Part shown: piece by piece, positions 1 to 7,234 of the stretch
Layout: each line of letters opens with the position of its first letter
How positions within the stretch are numbered: the stretch's first letter is position 1
Assembly (NCBI GenBank): GCA_030688545.1
Contig: JAUYHT010000002.1
Location: 330,001 to 362,000 of the forward strand
Source of the DNA: Candidatus Iainarchaeum sp.
Lineage (GTDB): Archaea > Iainarchaeota > Iainarchaeia > Iainarchaeales > VGJJ01
DNA: 32,000 bases
Direction: 5' to 3'
Program-made: the position numbers and the translations under genes
Notes under the pieces: generated by a model
What the model was told of the DNA's origin: nothing
What the model saw: the letters and a program-made list of their open reading frames with translations, nothing else
Databases searched by the model: none

Positions 1-108
1 ATTCTTGCATTCGCGGGAATCCTTTCTGATTCGGAGGGAGAAAAACTCGAACGTGCCATCAAAGAGGGAAGAAAAACCTCTCGCCAGAGGAAAATTGAGG
101 CGATTTGA
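1..108 (+). CDS. VapB-like antitoxin, C-terminal fragment (5' end outside window)
   Basis: Frame 1 is open from the window edge: ILAFAGILSDSEGEKLERAIKEGRKTSRQRKIEAI*. Stop TGA 106-108 overlaps ATG 108-110 of the PIN gene (TGATG). A small charged ORF directly upstream of a VapC is the usual antitoxin position. Confidence 0.45.
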   Translation: MLAFAGILSDSEGEKLERAIKEGRKTSRQRKIEAI

Positions 109-497
109 TGATACTCGACACGAACGTGCTCATTGACCTCCTGAAAGGAAGAAAGGAAGCTATCGCCAAACTTTCAGAACTGGAAGAAAAAGGAGTCGTG
201 TTGTCCACTACTACCATTTCCGTCTTTGAACTATACCGGGGACTCCGAGAAATAAGCAATCATGAAAAAATCACCCAAATATCCAAATTATTGGAATCAC
301 TCGATGTGTACCTTTTCGATAAAGAGTCCGCCCGGGATGGGGGAATGATGCTCGCCAAACTGGAACGCGAAGGAAAAGGAATCGACACTGAGGACACCAT
401 GATTGCAGGCATCGCCAAAACCCACCAAAAAAAAATCCTCACGCGAGATACCAACCATTTCGCACGCATTCCTGACATTGCCATTGAAACATATTAA
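108..497 (+). CDS. vapC: PIN-domain ribonuclease toxin (VapC family)
   Basis: PIN hallmarks are present: N-terminal ILDTNVLID (first acidic residue), central FELY region, C-terminal ILTRDTNHF (last conserved Asp). Size is about 130 aa. Translationally coupled to the upstream small ORF. The track start TTG 105 is an alternative. Confidence 0.85.
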   Translation: MILDTNVLIDLLKGRKEAIAKLSELEEKGVVLSTTTISVFELYRGLREISNHEKITQISKLLESLDVYLFDKESARDGGMMLAKLEREGKGIDTEDTMIAGIAKTHQKKILTRDTNHFARIPDIAIETY

Positions 498-790
498 CCC
501 CCTTTTTTCAGTCCAAAAAAAAAGAGGCCAGCGCAGCAAAAAAGAAAAGATAAAGGGGGCAATCGAATGATTAAATAAAACGGATTTTGAAGAAATAATA
601 CATTTTATGACTAGTATAACCGTCACAAATACACGTTTTATCGACTACTATAATAGTCATAAATAAAGAAATTAAACTGAGAAGGAAGCCTTCGAACGGA
701 TGAAGGAAAAAGGGTTCTGAACCATAAAACAATCGGGTAAATTTTTATAGATCCAAGAAGGATGGTTAATTACTAAAAAATGACTAGACT

Positions 791-1408
791 ATGGGAATTG
801 GTATAGGTCGATTGAAGATGAGTATTCCGAATATCCATTTCCAACGTAGCTGGGTATATGAGCAAAAATGGTGGGAATTCCGGCTAACCAAACCGCCTCG
901 CATAAGCGAGGAAGCGGCCAACCAGTTGTTTAAGCAAATCAAAGAACGAAAACCCCTGTTCGAGCACCTCCTTGGTGAAATTACCCGCACGCTCCAAATT
1001 ACCTGGAAACGGAAAGAAATTGAGGTCACCATGATCGCCTTATTCATTGGATCTTTCTCTAAACCCCTTACCATATCTTTGAGCGACGCCCATGGACACC
1101 CTAATGACATCGAGGACTTAATCGATATAATCATTCATGAACTCATCCACAATGCCCTCAATGAACATCCACAAATAAATGCTGCCCTCACAAAAATCCG
1201 CACAGACTACCCTGACGAACCATTCCTCACCCACATCCATATCCTCGTACATGCCCTACACATGACCTTGTATGAACAGCATCGCGGAATGGATCGGGCT
1301 CAGCGCGATATTGACAAAAGCGCTTTACACCCCTCATATGCCAAAGCGTGGCAAATCGTCACCAAAGAGGGGGCTGAAAATATACTCAACAAATATTTGT
1401 CCGATTAA
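791..1408 (+). CDS. HExxH-motif protein of unknown family (paralog of 9910-10506)
   Basis: 205-aa ORF containing HELIHNAL. It aligns along its length with the 9910-10506 product (W.RKEI, FS.PLTISL, HELIHNAL, AW.IV...G.ENI). ATG 818 is an alternative start. Confidence 0.6.
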   Translation: MGIGIGRLKMSIPNIHFQRSWVYEQKWWEFRLTKPPRISEEAANQLFKQIKERKPLFEHLLGEITRTLQITWKRKEIEVTMIALFIGSFSKPLTISLSDAHGHPNDIEDLIDIIIHELIHNALNEHPQINAALTKIRTDYPDEPFLTHIHILVHALHMTLYEQHRGMDRAQRDIDKSALHPSYAKAWQIVTKEGAENILNKYLSD

Positions 1409-1411
1409 TCT

Positions 1412-2158
1412 TCAATTATTTGATTTCGTTTTTCTGTTTTCGAGTTTCCGGATGACAAAAGTGGTGTCGAAATAACCTTTTCCAATATAGTCGATTTTGT
1501 AGCCAGATTTCTTTATGATATCTACCATTTCCGCTCTTGAAAAAATACCCCTAACTGTCTTTTCGGCGATAATTTTAGACTTCCTGTTTTCGAGGATGAA
1601 ATATACCATCTTCGTATACCACTTTCTATCCTTGGCATGAGCGTGCATAGAACGTGAAATAGAGACGTTTCCGGAAAAATATTCTTTTGTGCCGAAAACA
1701 TCTTCCTTCATTTGATCTGTGAGAACTAAATCGAAAATCAAAATGCCATTTTCAGTCAATAGATTCCGCAAATTCTTCAATGTCCGGATAAATGTTTTAG
1801 AATCCTGGCAATAGGCGAAGGAATTGAAAAAGCTGATGATAATGGGAAATGTGGTCGGAAATGAAATTTCCTGATAGGGCTTCCTCTTCAAATGGGCATG
1901 CTTCAATTTCTTCCGTGCGATCCGCAAGAATGCCGGGCTGATATCCGATCCATATGCATCGTACCCTTCTATCTCAAATATTGCCAATAATTGCCCCGTT
2001 CCGCATGCCACATCCAGTATTTTTTTTGGTAAATTATTTTTCTGGCGATACGAATCAATAAAAGCGAATCCCTTTCGATAAAAGGGTTCACTGGAATACA
2101 TTATATCCCAATAGGGCGCAATTGAATCGTAATAGCTTAAACGCATTTTACCCATCAT
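1412..2158 (-). CDS. Class I SAM-dependent methyltransferase
   Basis: Motif I ILDVACGTGQL is followed by the acidic-loop region AYGSDIS. TATA-like TTTATTGG (reverse complement of 2181-2188) lies about 27 nt upstream of ATG 2158. The upstream 130 codons of the 378-aa track ORF overlap a better-supported + strand gene. Confidence 0.8.
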   Translation of the reverse strand: MMGKMRLSYYDSIAPYWDIMYSSEPFYRKGFAFIDSYRQKNNLPKKILDVACGTGQLLAIFEIEGYDAYGSDISPAFLRIARKKLKHAHLKRKPYQEISFPTTFPIIISFFNSFAYCQDSKTFIRTLKNLRNLLTENGILIFDLVLTDQMKEDVFGTKEYFSGNVSISRSMHAHAKDRKWYTKMVYFILENRKSKIIAEKTVRGIFSRAEMVDIIKKSGYKIDYIGKGYFDTTFVIRKLENRKTKSNN

Positions 2159-2221
2159 TTTCACCAGTAATTTTTCTCGACCAATAAACCACTCTTTATA
2201 ATCAGGTTTTTTACCCAATTG

Positions 2222-2229
2222 TTTATATA
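2222..2229 (+). promoter_or_regulatory. TATA box candidate for leaderless 2252 gene
   Basis: TTTATATA is centred 26-27 nt upstream of ATG 2252. The same spacing recurs at many genes in the window. Confidence 0.45.
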
Positions 2230-2251
2230 TCAGTTGATATACAATTGACTT

Positions 2252-2551
2252 ATGCCTACCCAGATCCCCATAAACAGGACCATCTTCAAGCATCCTATCG
2301 ACCGGTACCCCCGCCTGGACACGGTGTTGATGATTGAGGAGGTGCTTCGAGATGCAGGTGGAGACTTTTCGGTCAGGGAAATCTGGAAGAGATTGCCCAA
2401 GCAGGTGATGTGGCAAACGTATCTGACAGTCCTGGATTACCTGGAATATTCGAACAAAATACTCATTGATCCTCGGGATAACCATCCGATATGGATTTGG
2501 GATCCTGAAGGGGTGGCCGAGGCCAAACGGAAAGGGGTCATTGTTCATTAA
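2252..2551 (+). CDS. Small winged-helix-like protein, function unknown
   Basis: 99-aa ORF with a TATA box at about -27. The segment FSVREIWKRLPKQVMWQTYLTVLDYLEYSNKILID has a winged-helix look. It converges tail to tail with the RelE-like gene. Confidence 0.55.
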   Translation: MPTQIPINRTIFKHPIDRYPRLDTVLMIEEVLRDAGGDFSVREIWKRLPKQVMWQTYLTVLDYLEYSNKILIDPRDNHPIWIWDPEGVAEAKRKGVIVH

Positions 2552-2892
2552 TACCCAAACCGGCGCTCATAGTCCTTATGACTCAACCATTCTAAGATAA
2601 TGGCTAAAACTTCTAAGTCGTTTCCCCTGAGGAAATAGAGTAGCCGCCATCCATTCGGTAAATCGTATTTGAAAAGATTCGTAATTCTGTATTTGACCAC
2701 ATATTCTTTTGGCCACAATTTTTTGGGCACCTTGATCCCACCAATCGGGTTTTCTTTCAAATCGATAAAAGCCTTATCAATATAATCGGCCAAACGACGA
2801 TCTTCGAAGGGCCCTTTTCGCAGCCGATCAAGGTGATATTCCAACTGGCTATCGACCATTACTATTCGATAAATAGGAGGGACCCTAGCCAT
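2548..2892 (-). CDS. RelE/ParE-superfamily-like toxin
   Basis: The C-terminal core LFKYDLPNGWRLLYFLRGNDLEVLAIILEWLSHKDYERRF resembles RelE-fold toxins. Its start overlaps the stop of the upstream wHTH gene by 8 nt. Confidence 0.6.
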   Translation of the reverse strand: MARVPPIYRIVMVDSQLEYHLDRLRKGPFEDRRLADYIDKAFIDLKENPIGGIKVPKKLWPKEYVVKYRITNLFKYDLPNGWRLLYFLRGNDLEVLAIILEWLSHKDYERRFGY

Positions 2893-3322
2893 CTCGATCG
2901 AACCGTTTCTCCAAAGCGATCACGCGGGGCACCACCACTTCGAAAGCGGCCTCATAGTCCCAAATGCTTTGATGGTCATCGGATTCGCAACAAGCCACGA
3001 GGCGGCCGAGCATTTCTTCTTCATCCACGAGGTTAACCCCCTCACGGGTGTATTCCACGAGCTGCAATCCCACCAAATCCTGAAGGATGCCGCGCACGTG
3101 GTATTGGAATAATCCCGTTTGGCGGGCGATTTCCCTCAAGGAAAGGGGGGTGGGGAGGAGTACTTGTAACACGCGGGCGTGCCATTCCATGAAACCAATG
3201 CTCTCAAACCGGGAAACGGCCTTCACTAATGTCAAATCCTTAAGATTCATGCGCGAGGCGGGGTGGGGGTATTTGGAAAAAGGGGATAGGCTCACATCCC
3301 CCGACCCAACCTCCAGCGACAT
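2885..3322 (-). CDS. wHTH DNA-binding protein, putative cognate antitoxin
   Basis: HTH segment LSLREIARQTGLFQYHVRGILQDLVGLQLVEY. Stop TAG 2885-2887 lies inside the toxin 5' end. TATA-like TATATTAC (reverse complement of 3344-3351) is about 27 nt upstream of ATG 3322. The track ORF runs on to 3373 and ATG 3250 is also possible. Confidence 0.6.
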   Translation of the reverse strand: MSLEVGSGDVSLSPFSKYPHPASRMNLKDLTLVKAVSRFESIGFMEWHARVLQVLLPTPLSLREIARQTGLFQYHVRGILQDLVGLQLVEYTREGVNLVDEEEMLGRLVACCESDDHQSIWDYEAAFEVVVPRVIALEKRFDRDG

Positions 3323-3343
3323 ATAGGCTTTCAGAATGGCTAT

Positions 3344-3351
3344 GTAATATA
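3344..3351 (-). promoter_or_regulatory. TATA box candidate for the wHTH/RelE-like operon
   Basis: The reverse complement TATATTAC is centred about 27 nt upstream of ATG 3322. Confidence 0.35.
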
Positions 3352-3620
3352 GGTGCGGTTGAAGGAAAATCAACCGGATGGTTGAGGCCAGGGTTTCACC
3401 GATGGGTTAAAAGCCTGCATTCCTACCAATCCGGGCATGAGACCGGCTGTGATCTCTTTGCGGAAACTTCCTATCAAAAAAGGGGTTCGCTTTTACTTCA
3501 CAATCAAGATCGTTGGTTTTAGCGAGCCATCGAACGAATAATTTTTCGGAGGATGGAAAATGACACATATTTCGTTTATTTAAAAAAAACATATCTGGAC
3601 TACTAAAACTGGCTGAAAAA

Positions 3621-3750
3621 ATGACTTCCTCCCCCACCTAAAGGTGAGAGTATCCAACGATTAGAATCTTGTCACCTGCTCGCGCTGTTGCGCTCGCCAC
3701 TCAAACGAACAGTCGGCCTAAAGACCGAGGTATAAAACCACAAGACGAGG
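3621..3750 (+). repeat. Composite structured element (two hairpin units plus central GCTCGCG..CGCTCGCC box)
   Basis: Unit 1 is ATGACTTCCTCCCC-CACC-TAAA-GGTG-AGAGTATCC (3621-3655). The central box is at 3678-3698. Unit 2 is GGCC-TAAA-GACC-GAGGTATAAAACCACAAGACGAGG (3715-3750). The locus at 12556-12676 has the same architecture. Confidence 0.75.
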
Positions 3751-4313
3751 AATTATTCTGTCTGCCGTTACATTTATTAATAAAAAAAAATTAATGTCAT
3801 TATAATGGACTTTTCAAAAGAGGAATTAAGTAAAATAAAGAAGGATAAAATTTTCATTAAACAAATCAATAATTCTAAATATTGGATAAAACCTCTTTTT
3901 GAGCATAAAACATATCTCTTAGGAAATGTTAAATCGCATAAAAAATATTTTCAAGCACTAAAGAAATATTTAAGAAAACACATTCCTGAAACAAAATTCA
4001 TTAAGTTTGATAAGAGAATAACTTTAATTGTCCAAAAAGATATTACAGGAAAAAAGCTAACAAAATTAAAGGAAATTAAAGAATTAATGAATTTGAAACA
4101 AAATAAGAGTTTCAGGAATGGACTTAAAAAATTGCTTGAAAATAAAAAATGGGTTATTGATTTGTATATCTATAAAGAAAATTTTATTTCTACAAAAAAC
4201 AAAGAATTATTTTATATCGATGGAAGAATGCCAATATTTCCAGAGCCAAAAGAAGATAGATATCAAATAAGTAAAAAAAGGACATTATGGCTTCTAAGGC
4301 AGACAGAATAATT
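3751..4313. mobile_element. 563-bp AT-rich cassette bounded by perfect 16-nt inverted repeats
   Basis: AATTATTCTGTCTGCC (3751-3766) has its exact reverse complement GGCAGACAGAATAATT at 4298-4313. The interior is the lowest-GC part of the window and carries one ORF. No transposase was recognised. Confidence 0.45.
3805..4311 (+). CDS. Lys-rich hypothetical protein inside the IR-bounded cassette
   Basis: 168-aa ORF. TATA-like TTTATTAA (3773-3780) lies about 28 nt upstream of the ATG. The stop codon lies inside the right inverted repeat. No confident family assignment. Confidence 0.5.
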   Translation: MDFSKEELSKIKKDKIFIKQINNSKYWIKPLFEHKTYLLGNVKSHKKYFQALKKYLRKHIPETKFIKFDKRITLIVQKDITGKKLTKLKEIKELMNLKQNKSFRNGLKKLLENKKWVIDLYIYKENFISTKNKELFYIDGRMPIFPEPKEDRYQISKKRTLWLLRQTE

Positions 4314-4360
4314 AGACATAACACCTATTAAGCGTAATAATATTACGAACAAACCCTCAA

Positions 4361-4618
4361 ATGAAACGAGTTACTAAACAAAGTGTTAAGTCAATGTATA
4401 GAAAGAAGCGCATTCTGGAAGAAGTATATACCATTAAGGAAGGAAAAAAGGAATTTTCCTTCTCTTCCAATGATATTTCATATTGGCACTCTCTTGAGGA
4501 TTTGAAGCGATATGCCAGCCCATATTTCAAATTAGTTCGAACATATGGAGATTATACTGGTGCTGAATTTAATTCCAATTTTTCGAGGCGAATGATTACG
4601 GCATGGGAAAAGGCATAG
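4361..4618 (+). pseudogene. Orphan fragment resembling the C-terminus of a class I methyltransferase
   Basis: The 85 aa end in WHSLEDLKRYASPYFKLVRTYGDYTGAEFNSNFSRRMITAWEKA. This matches the usual C-terminal pattern of small SAM methyltransferases, but no Rossmann or SAM-binding part precedes it. The reading frame opens only 8 nt after the cassette's right repeat. Confidence 0.35.
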
Positions 4619-4709
4619 ATAAATCAACCAAGGGGTTGATGATTCTATTTTTCCTATTCTCCAAAAAATTATCTATATCTTTTTATCCACTTAGCCTTGA
4701 TACTAAAAA

Positions 4710-4955
4710 ATGAAATTTTTGTATGCCTATCACGCGGAATCCCAACTCCAAGAACGAAAAATCGATCGTGCGGTTGTGGAAGATGCGATAAAAAATCCAG
4801 ATAGAATCATCCCATCCCGTGATAATACAATTATTGCGCAAAAAGAGGGAGACGGGCGTTTACTACGCGTGGTCTATAAAAAGGAAGAAGATACCCACAT
4901 CATCATCACCGCCTATTACACAAACCCCCATCGTTACACGGAGAAGAAACCATGA
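4710..4955 (+). CDS. DUF4258-family toxin-like protein
   Basis: 81 aa. The N-terminal YAYHAESQLQERKIDRAVVEDAI pattern and the size are typical of DUF4258. It shares a 4-nt ATGA overlap with the downstream DUF2283-like gene. TATA-like TTTTTATC lies at 4680-4687, about 27 nt upstream. Confidence 0.7.
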   Translation: MKFLYAYHAESQLQERKIDRAVVEDAIKNPDRIIPSRDNTIIAQKEGDGRLLRVVYKKEEDTHIIITAYYTNPHRYTEKKP

Positions 4956-5167
4956 AAATCACGTATGATCCCGAAGCCGATGCCATGAGCATCCGATTCC
5001 AAAAAGGAAAATACTACATCAGCAAAGAAACCGCTGAAGGAATCATCATTGATTACACCAAAGAAGGAAAAATCATCGCTATCGAAATATTAAACGTGGC
5101 CAAGCGAATGCCCATCAAAAACATTCAAAACGTATCCGTTGATTTTCTCAAACAAACAGCTTTATGA
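4952..5167 (+). CDS. DUF2283-family antitoxin-like protein
   Basis: 71 aa. MKITYDPEADAMSIRF...IIIDYTKEGKIIAIEILN is the characteristic DUF2283 pattern, and the gene is paired with a DUF4258 gene. Confidence 0.75.
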   Translation: MKITYDPEADAMSIRFQKGKYYISKETAEGIIIDYTKEGKIIAIEILNVAKRMPIKNIQNVSVDFLKQTAL

Positions 5168-5173
5168 TGAAAC

Positions 5174-5182
5174 TTTTTTTTT
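5174..5182 (+). terminator. Oligo-T terminator candidate
   Basis: A run of 9 T starts 7 nt after the stop codon of the DUF2283 gene. Archaeal termination typically uses oligo-T tracts. Confidence 0.45.
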
Positions 5183-5319
5183 AAAAAGTTCGAACCAGCA
5201 AAAATTCGACAAATGATTAAAAATGCATCGAGAATAGACACTGGAATGCCTATCCTCCCTTTGATCATGGCGGGTCGACTGTCCGAACGATGGGAAAGGA
5301 AACGTAAAATCCCCTCTAC

Positions 5320-6528
5320 GTGAACGCCATGCATCCGCCCCTTTCTCGCATCGCCCTGTTCCAGCCCAACCTGTGGAAATTCTACCTGTTCAAATTCTTC
5401 ATGGGATTGCATTTCTTCGGCGCCATCCTCATCCCATTCTTCACCGAATGGGGCGGTCTGAATTTCACGCAGATATTCTTCCTGCAGGCCTGGTTCATGT
5501 TCTGGATATTCGCCCTGGAGGTGCCTACCGGAACACTCGCGGACCGGTTCGGACGGAAAACATCCATCGTGGCAGGAGTATTCATCAATATCATCGCGGT
5601 GCTGCTGTACATCTACCAACCCACCTTCGAGGTATTTTTGGTAGCGGAGTTCATGTGGGCGATGGCCTCTTCTTTGATATCCGGTGCCGACGAAGCCTTG
5701 CTGTATGATACGCTCAAGACTATTGGGAAGGAAAAAACCTCCAAGAAAACGTTTTCACGGGTGGAAAGCATGGGGTTGTTAGGTATAGGGATCGCCAGCC
5801 CGGTGGGCAGCCTATTAGTGGCCCAATTCGGATTCCCATCCGTCTACTACGCCACCGCGGGAGCATTGGGTATCGCGGCCCTGATCGCCCTCACGTATCG
5901 CGAGCCCCCGGCATTCGAAAAGGTCATCCAGAAGGACTACTTCGCCCTCCTGAAGGGTGGATTGAGGTATCTTCGGGATCATCGGATTCTCCGGATCCTG
6001 GCCTGGGACGCCATCTCTATTGGAACAATTGCCTATTTTATGATATGGCTGTTTCAACCACTCCTCCAACAAGTGGGGGTGGGCATCGCCTATTTCGGAT
6101 TCGTGCATGCCGCCTTGATTGGAGTGGAAATCCTGGCGCTCCAGGCCTATCCCCATGTTGATAAGCTGTTGGGAAACAAACGCCAGCTCCTCTTTCTCAC
6201 GAGCATCGCCACGGGAATAGGATTCCTCATCGCGGGAGTGGCCAATGACCCTGTCATCGCCATATTCGCCATCCTCCTGGCCGGTGGAATTGGGTTATCT
6301 CGGAAGCCCATCCTATCCAGCTACATGCAGAAATATATCCCCTCCGACCAACGCGCCACGGTGGGGAGTGCCATCAACATGTTCCGCACCCTCGCCATCA
6401 CCATCGCCAACCTCATCGTGGGGACATTAGCTGACTGGAGCATCAGCAACACCCTCCTCATCCTTGGAGTAACAGCGATAGGGTTGGCTTACGTATCTAA
6501 AGTGGAAGAAGAGCATTTGATCGACTGA
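5320..6528 (+). CDS. Major facilitator superfamily transporter
   Basis: 402 aa and hydrophobic throughout, with about 12 predicted helices. The MFS signature motif A, GTLADRFGRK, follows the second helix. ATG 5329 is an alternative start to GTG 5320. Confidence 0.85.
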   Translation: MNAMHPPLSRIALFQPNLWKFYLFKFFMGLHFFGAILIPFFTEWGGLNFTQIFFLQAWFMFWIFALEVPTGTLADRFGRKTSIVAGVFINIIAVLLYIYQPTFEVFLVAEFMWAMASSLISGADEALLYDTLKTIGKEKTSKKTFSRVESMGLLGIGIASPVGSLLVAQFGFPSVYYATAGALGIAALIALTYREPPAFEKVIQKDYFALLKGGLRYLRDHRILRILAWDAISIGTIAYFMIWLFQPLLQQVGVGIAYFGFVHAALIGVEILALQAYPHVDKLLGNKRQLLFLTSIATGIGFLIAGVANDPVIAIFAILLAGGIGLSRKPILSSYMQKYIPSDQRATVGSAINMFRTLAITIANLIVGTLADWSISNTLLILGVTAIGLAYVSKVEEEHLID

Positions 6529-6537
6529 GGAACCTGT

Positions 6538-7035
6538 ATGCTTAATCCCACCCCAAACCTCAAAATCCTGGTGGATACGGTGAGGGACCCGGCCGATATG
6601 GCTGAACTGACCCATCTGGCTCTCGCCGCCAATATCCACATTTACATATCTGGAAATTCGATACGGCATGATCATCCCAAAGTCCAAAGAAAAATGAATT
6701 CGTGGAACCCTGATTTCCCGGCCTCCACCATAAACGGGCTCATTCAGTATTCTTCTGATTTCTACCAATTAGTCGGACAATTCCATGAGAAAGGATATCG
6801 CATCACGGGAACATCACCTGATGCACCCCAATCCCTTTTTTCGGTCGATCTTTCAAAAGGGAACCAATTAGTGGTATTCGGAACTGAAATGGGAGGATTA
6901 AGCCACGCCAAACGCCAATGGATGGATCGCATGGTCAGTATCCCGATGCACAACCATACGCGATTTTACACAATCCGCACCATCGTCCCAATCATCGCAT
7001 ATGAAGGACTTAGGCAACAGGGTTATTTGAGATGA
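6538..7035 (+). CDS. SPOUT (SpoU/TrmH-like) RNA methyltransferase
   Basis: LVVFGTEMGGLS and VSIPMHNHTRFYTIRTIVPIIAYE resemble TrmH motifs 2 and 3. The gene starts 10 nt after the MFS stop. Its stop TGA 7033-7035 lies inside a repeat-element unit. Confidence 0.65.
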   Translation: MLNPTPNLKILVDTVRDPADMAELTHLALAANIHIYISGNSIRHDHPKVQRKMNSWNPDFPASTINGLIQYSSDFYQLVGQFHEKGYRITGTSPDAPQSLFSVDLSKGNQLVVFGTEMGGLSHAKRQWMDRMVSIPMHNHTRFYTIRTIVPIIAYEGLRQQGYLR

Positions 7036-7081
7036 AATCCTTCCCGGCCTAAAGGCCGAGGTATAAAACCACAAGACGGGG
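7032..7081 (+). repeat. Structured element unit (solo)
   Basis: ATGAAATCCTTCCC-GGCC-TAAA-GGCC-GAGGTATAAAACCACAAGACGGGG. Positions 7045-7081 differ from 3714-3750 at 2 of 37 positions. Further weak hairpins follow at 7111-7129 and 7151-7165. Confidence 0.75.
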
Positions 7082-7234
7082 AGTCGAAAAATCACTATAA
7101 CCATCGCTTTGACATCCTAAAAGGAAGTCAACAGAGCTGTCCATTGACTCCACTTTATAAAGGTGAAAACCTAATGTCAGTCGACACTTCAACACGCGCA
7201 CTGATGAAAGATATTTTAGAATGGGTGATTTTTG

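Noticed and set aside
607-635. ATGACTAGTATAACCGTCACAAATACACG, considered as a hairpin-less version of the repeat element
   Set aside because: Only the ATGACT and GTATAA..CC..ACAA pieces match. With no stem-loop and such low similarity, chance cannot be excluded.
2159-2548. N-terminal 130 codons of the 378-aa track ORF (1412-2548, - strand)
   Set aside because: They carry no methyltransferase features. They overlap the better-supported + strand wHTH gene (2252-2551), which has its own TATA at -27. A TATA-like box at -27 also supports ATG 2158 as the real start.
3407-3637. 76-aa ORF on the - strand starting with GTG inside the repeat element
   Set aside because: It has no motif and no TATA at the expected spacing. 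Its start codon lies within the hairpin of element unit 3621-3655. It is possibly a gene remnant, but that cannot be supported.
5125-6430. ORFs 5125-5619(-), 5373-5708(+), 5382-5612(-), 5815-6156(-) and 6245-6430(+), all overlapping the MFS transporter
   Set aside because: The MFS frame has the motif A signature and a continuous pattern of hydrophobic helices. The overlapping frames show no motifs and have an odd composition.
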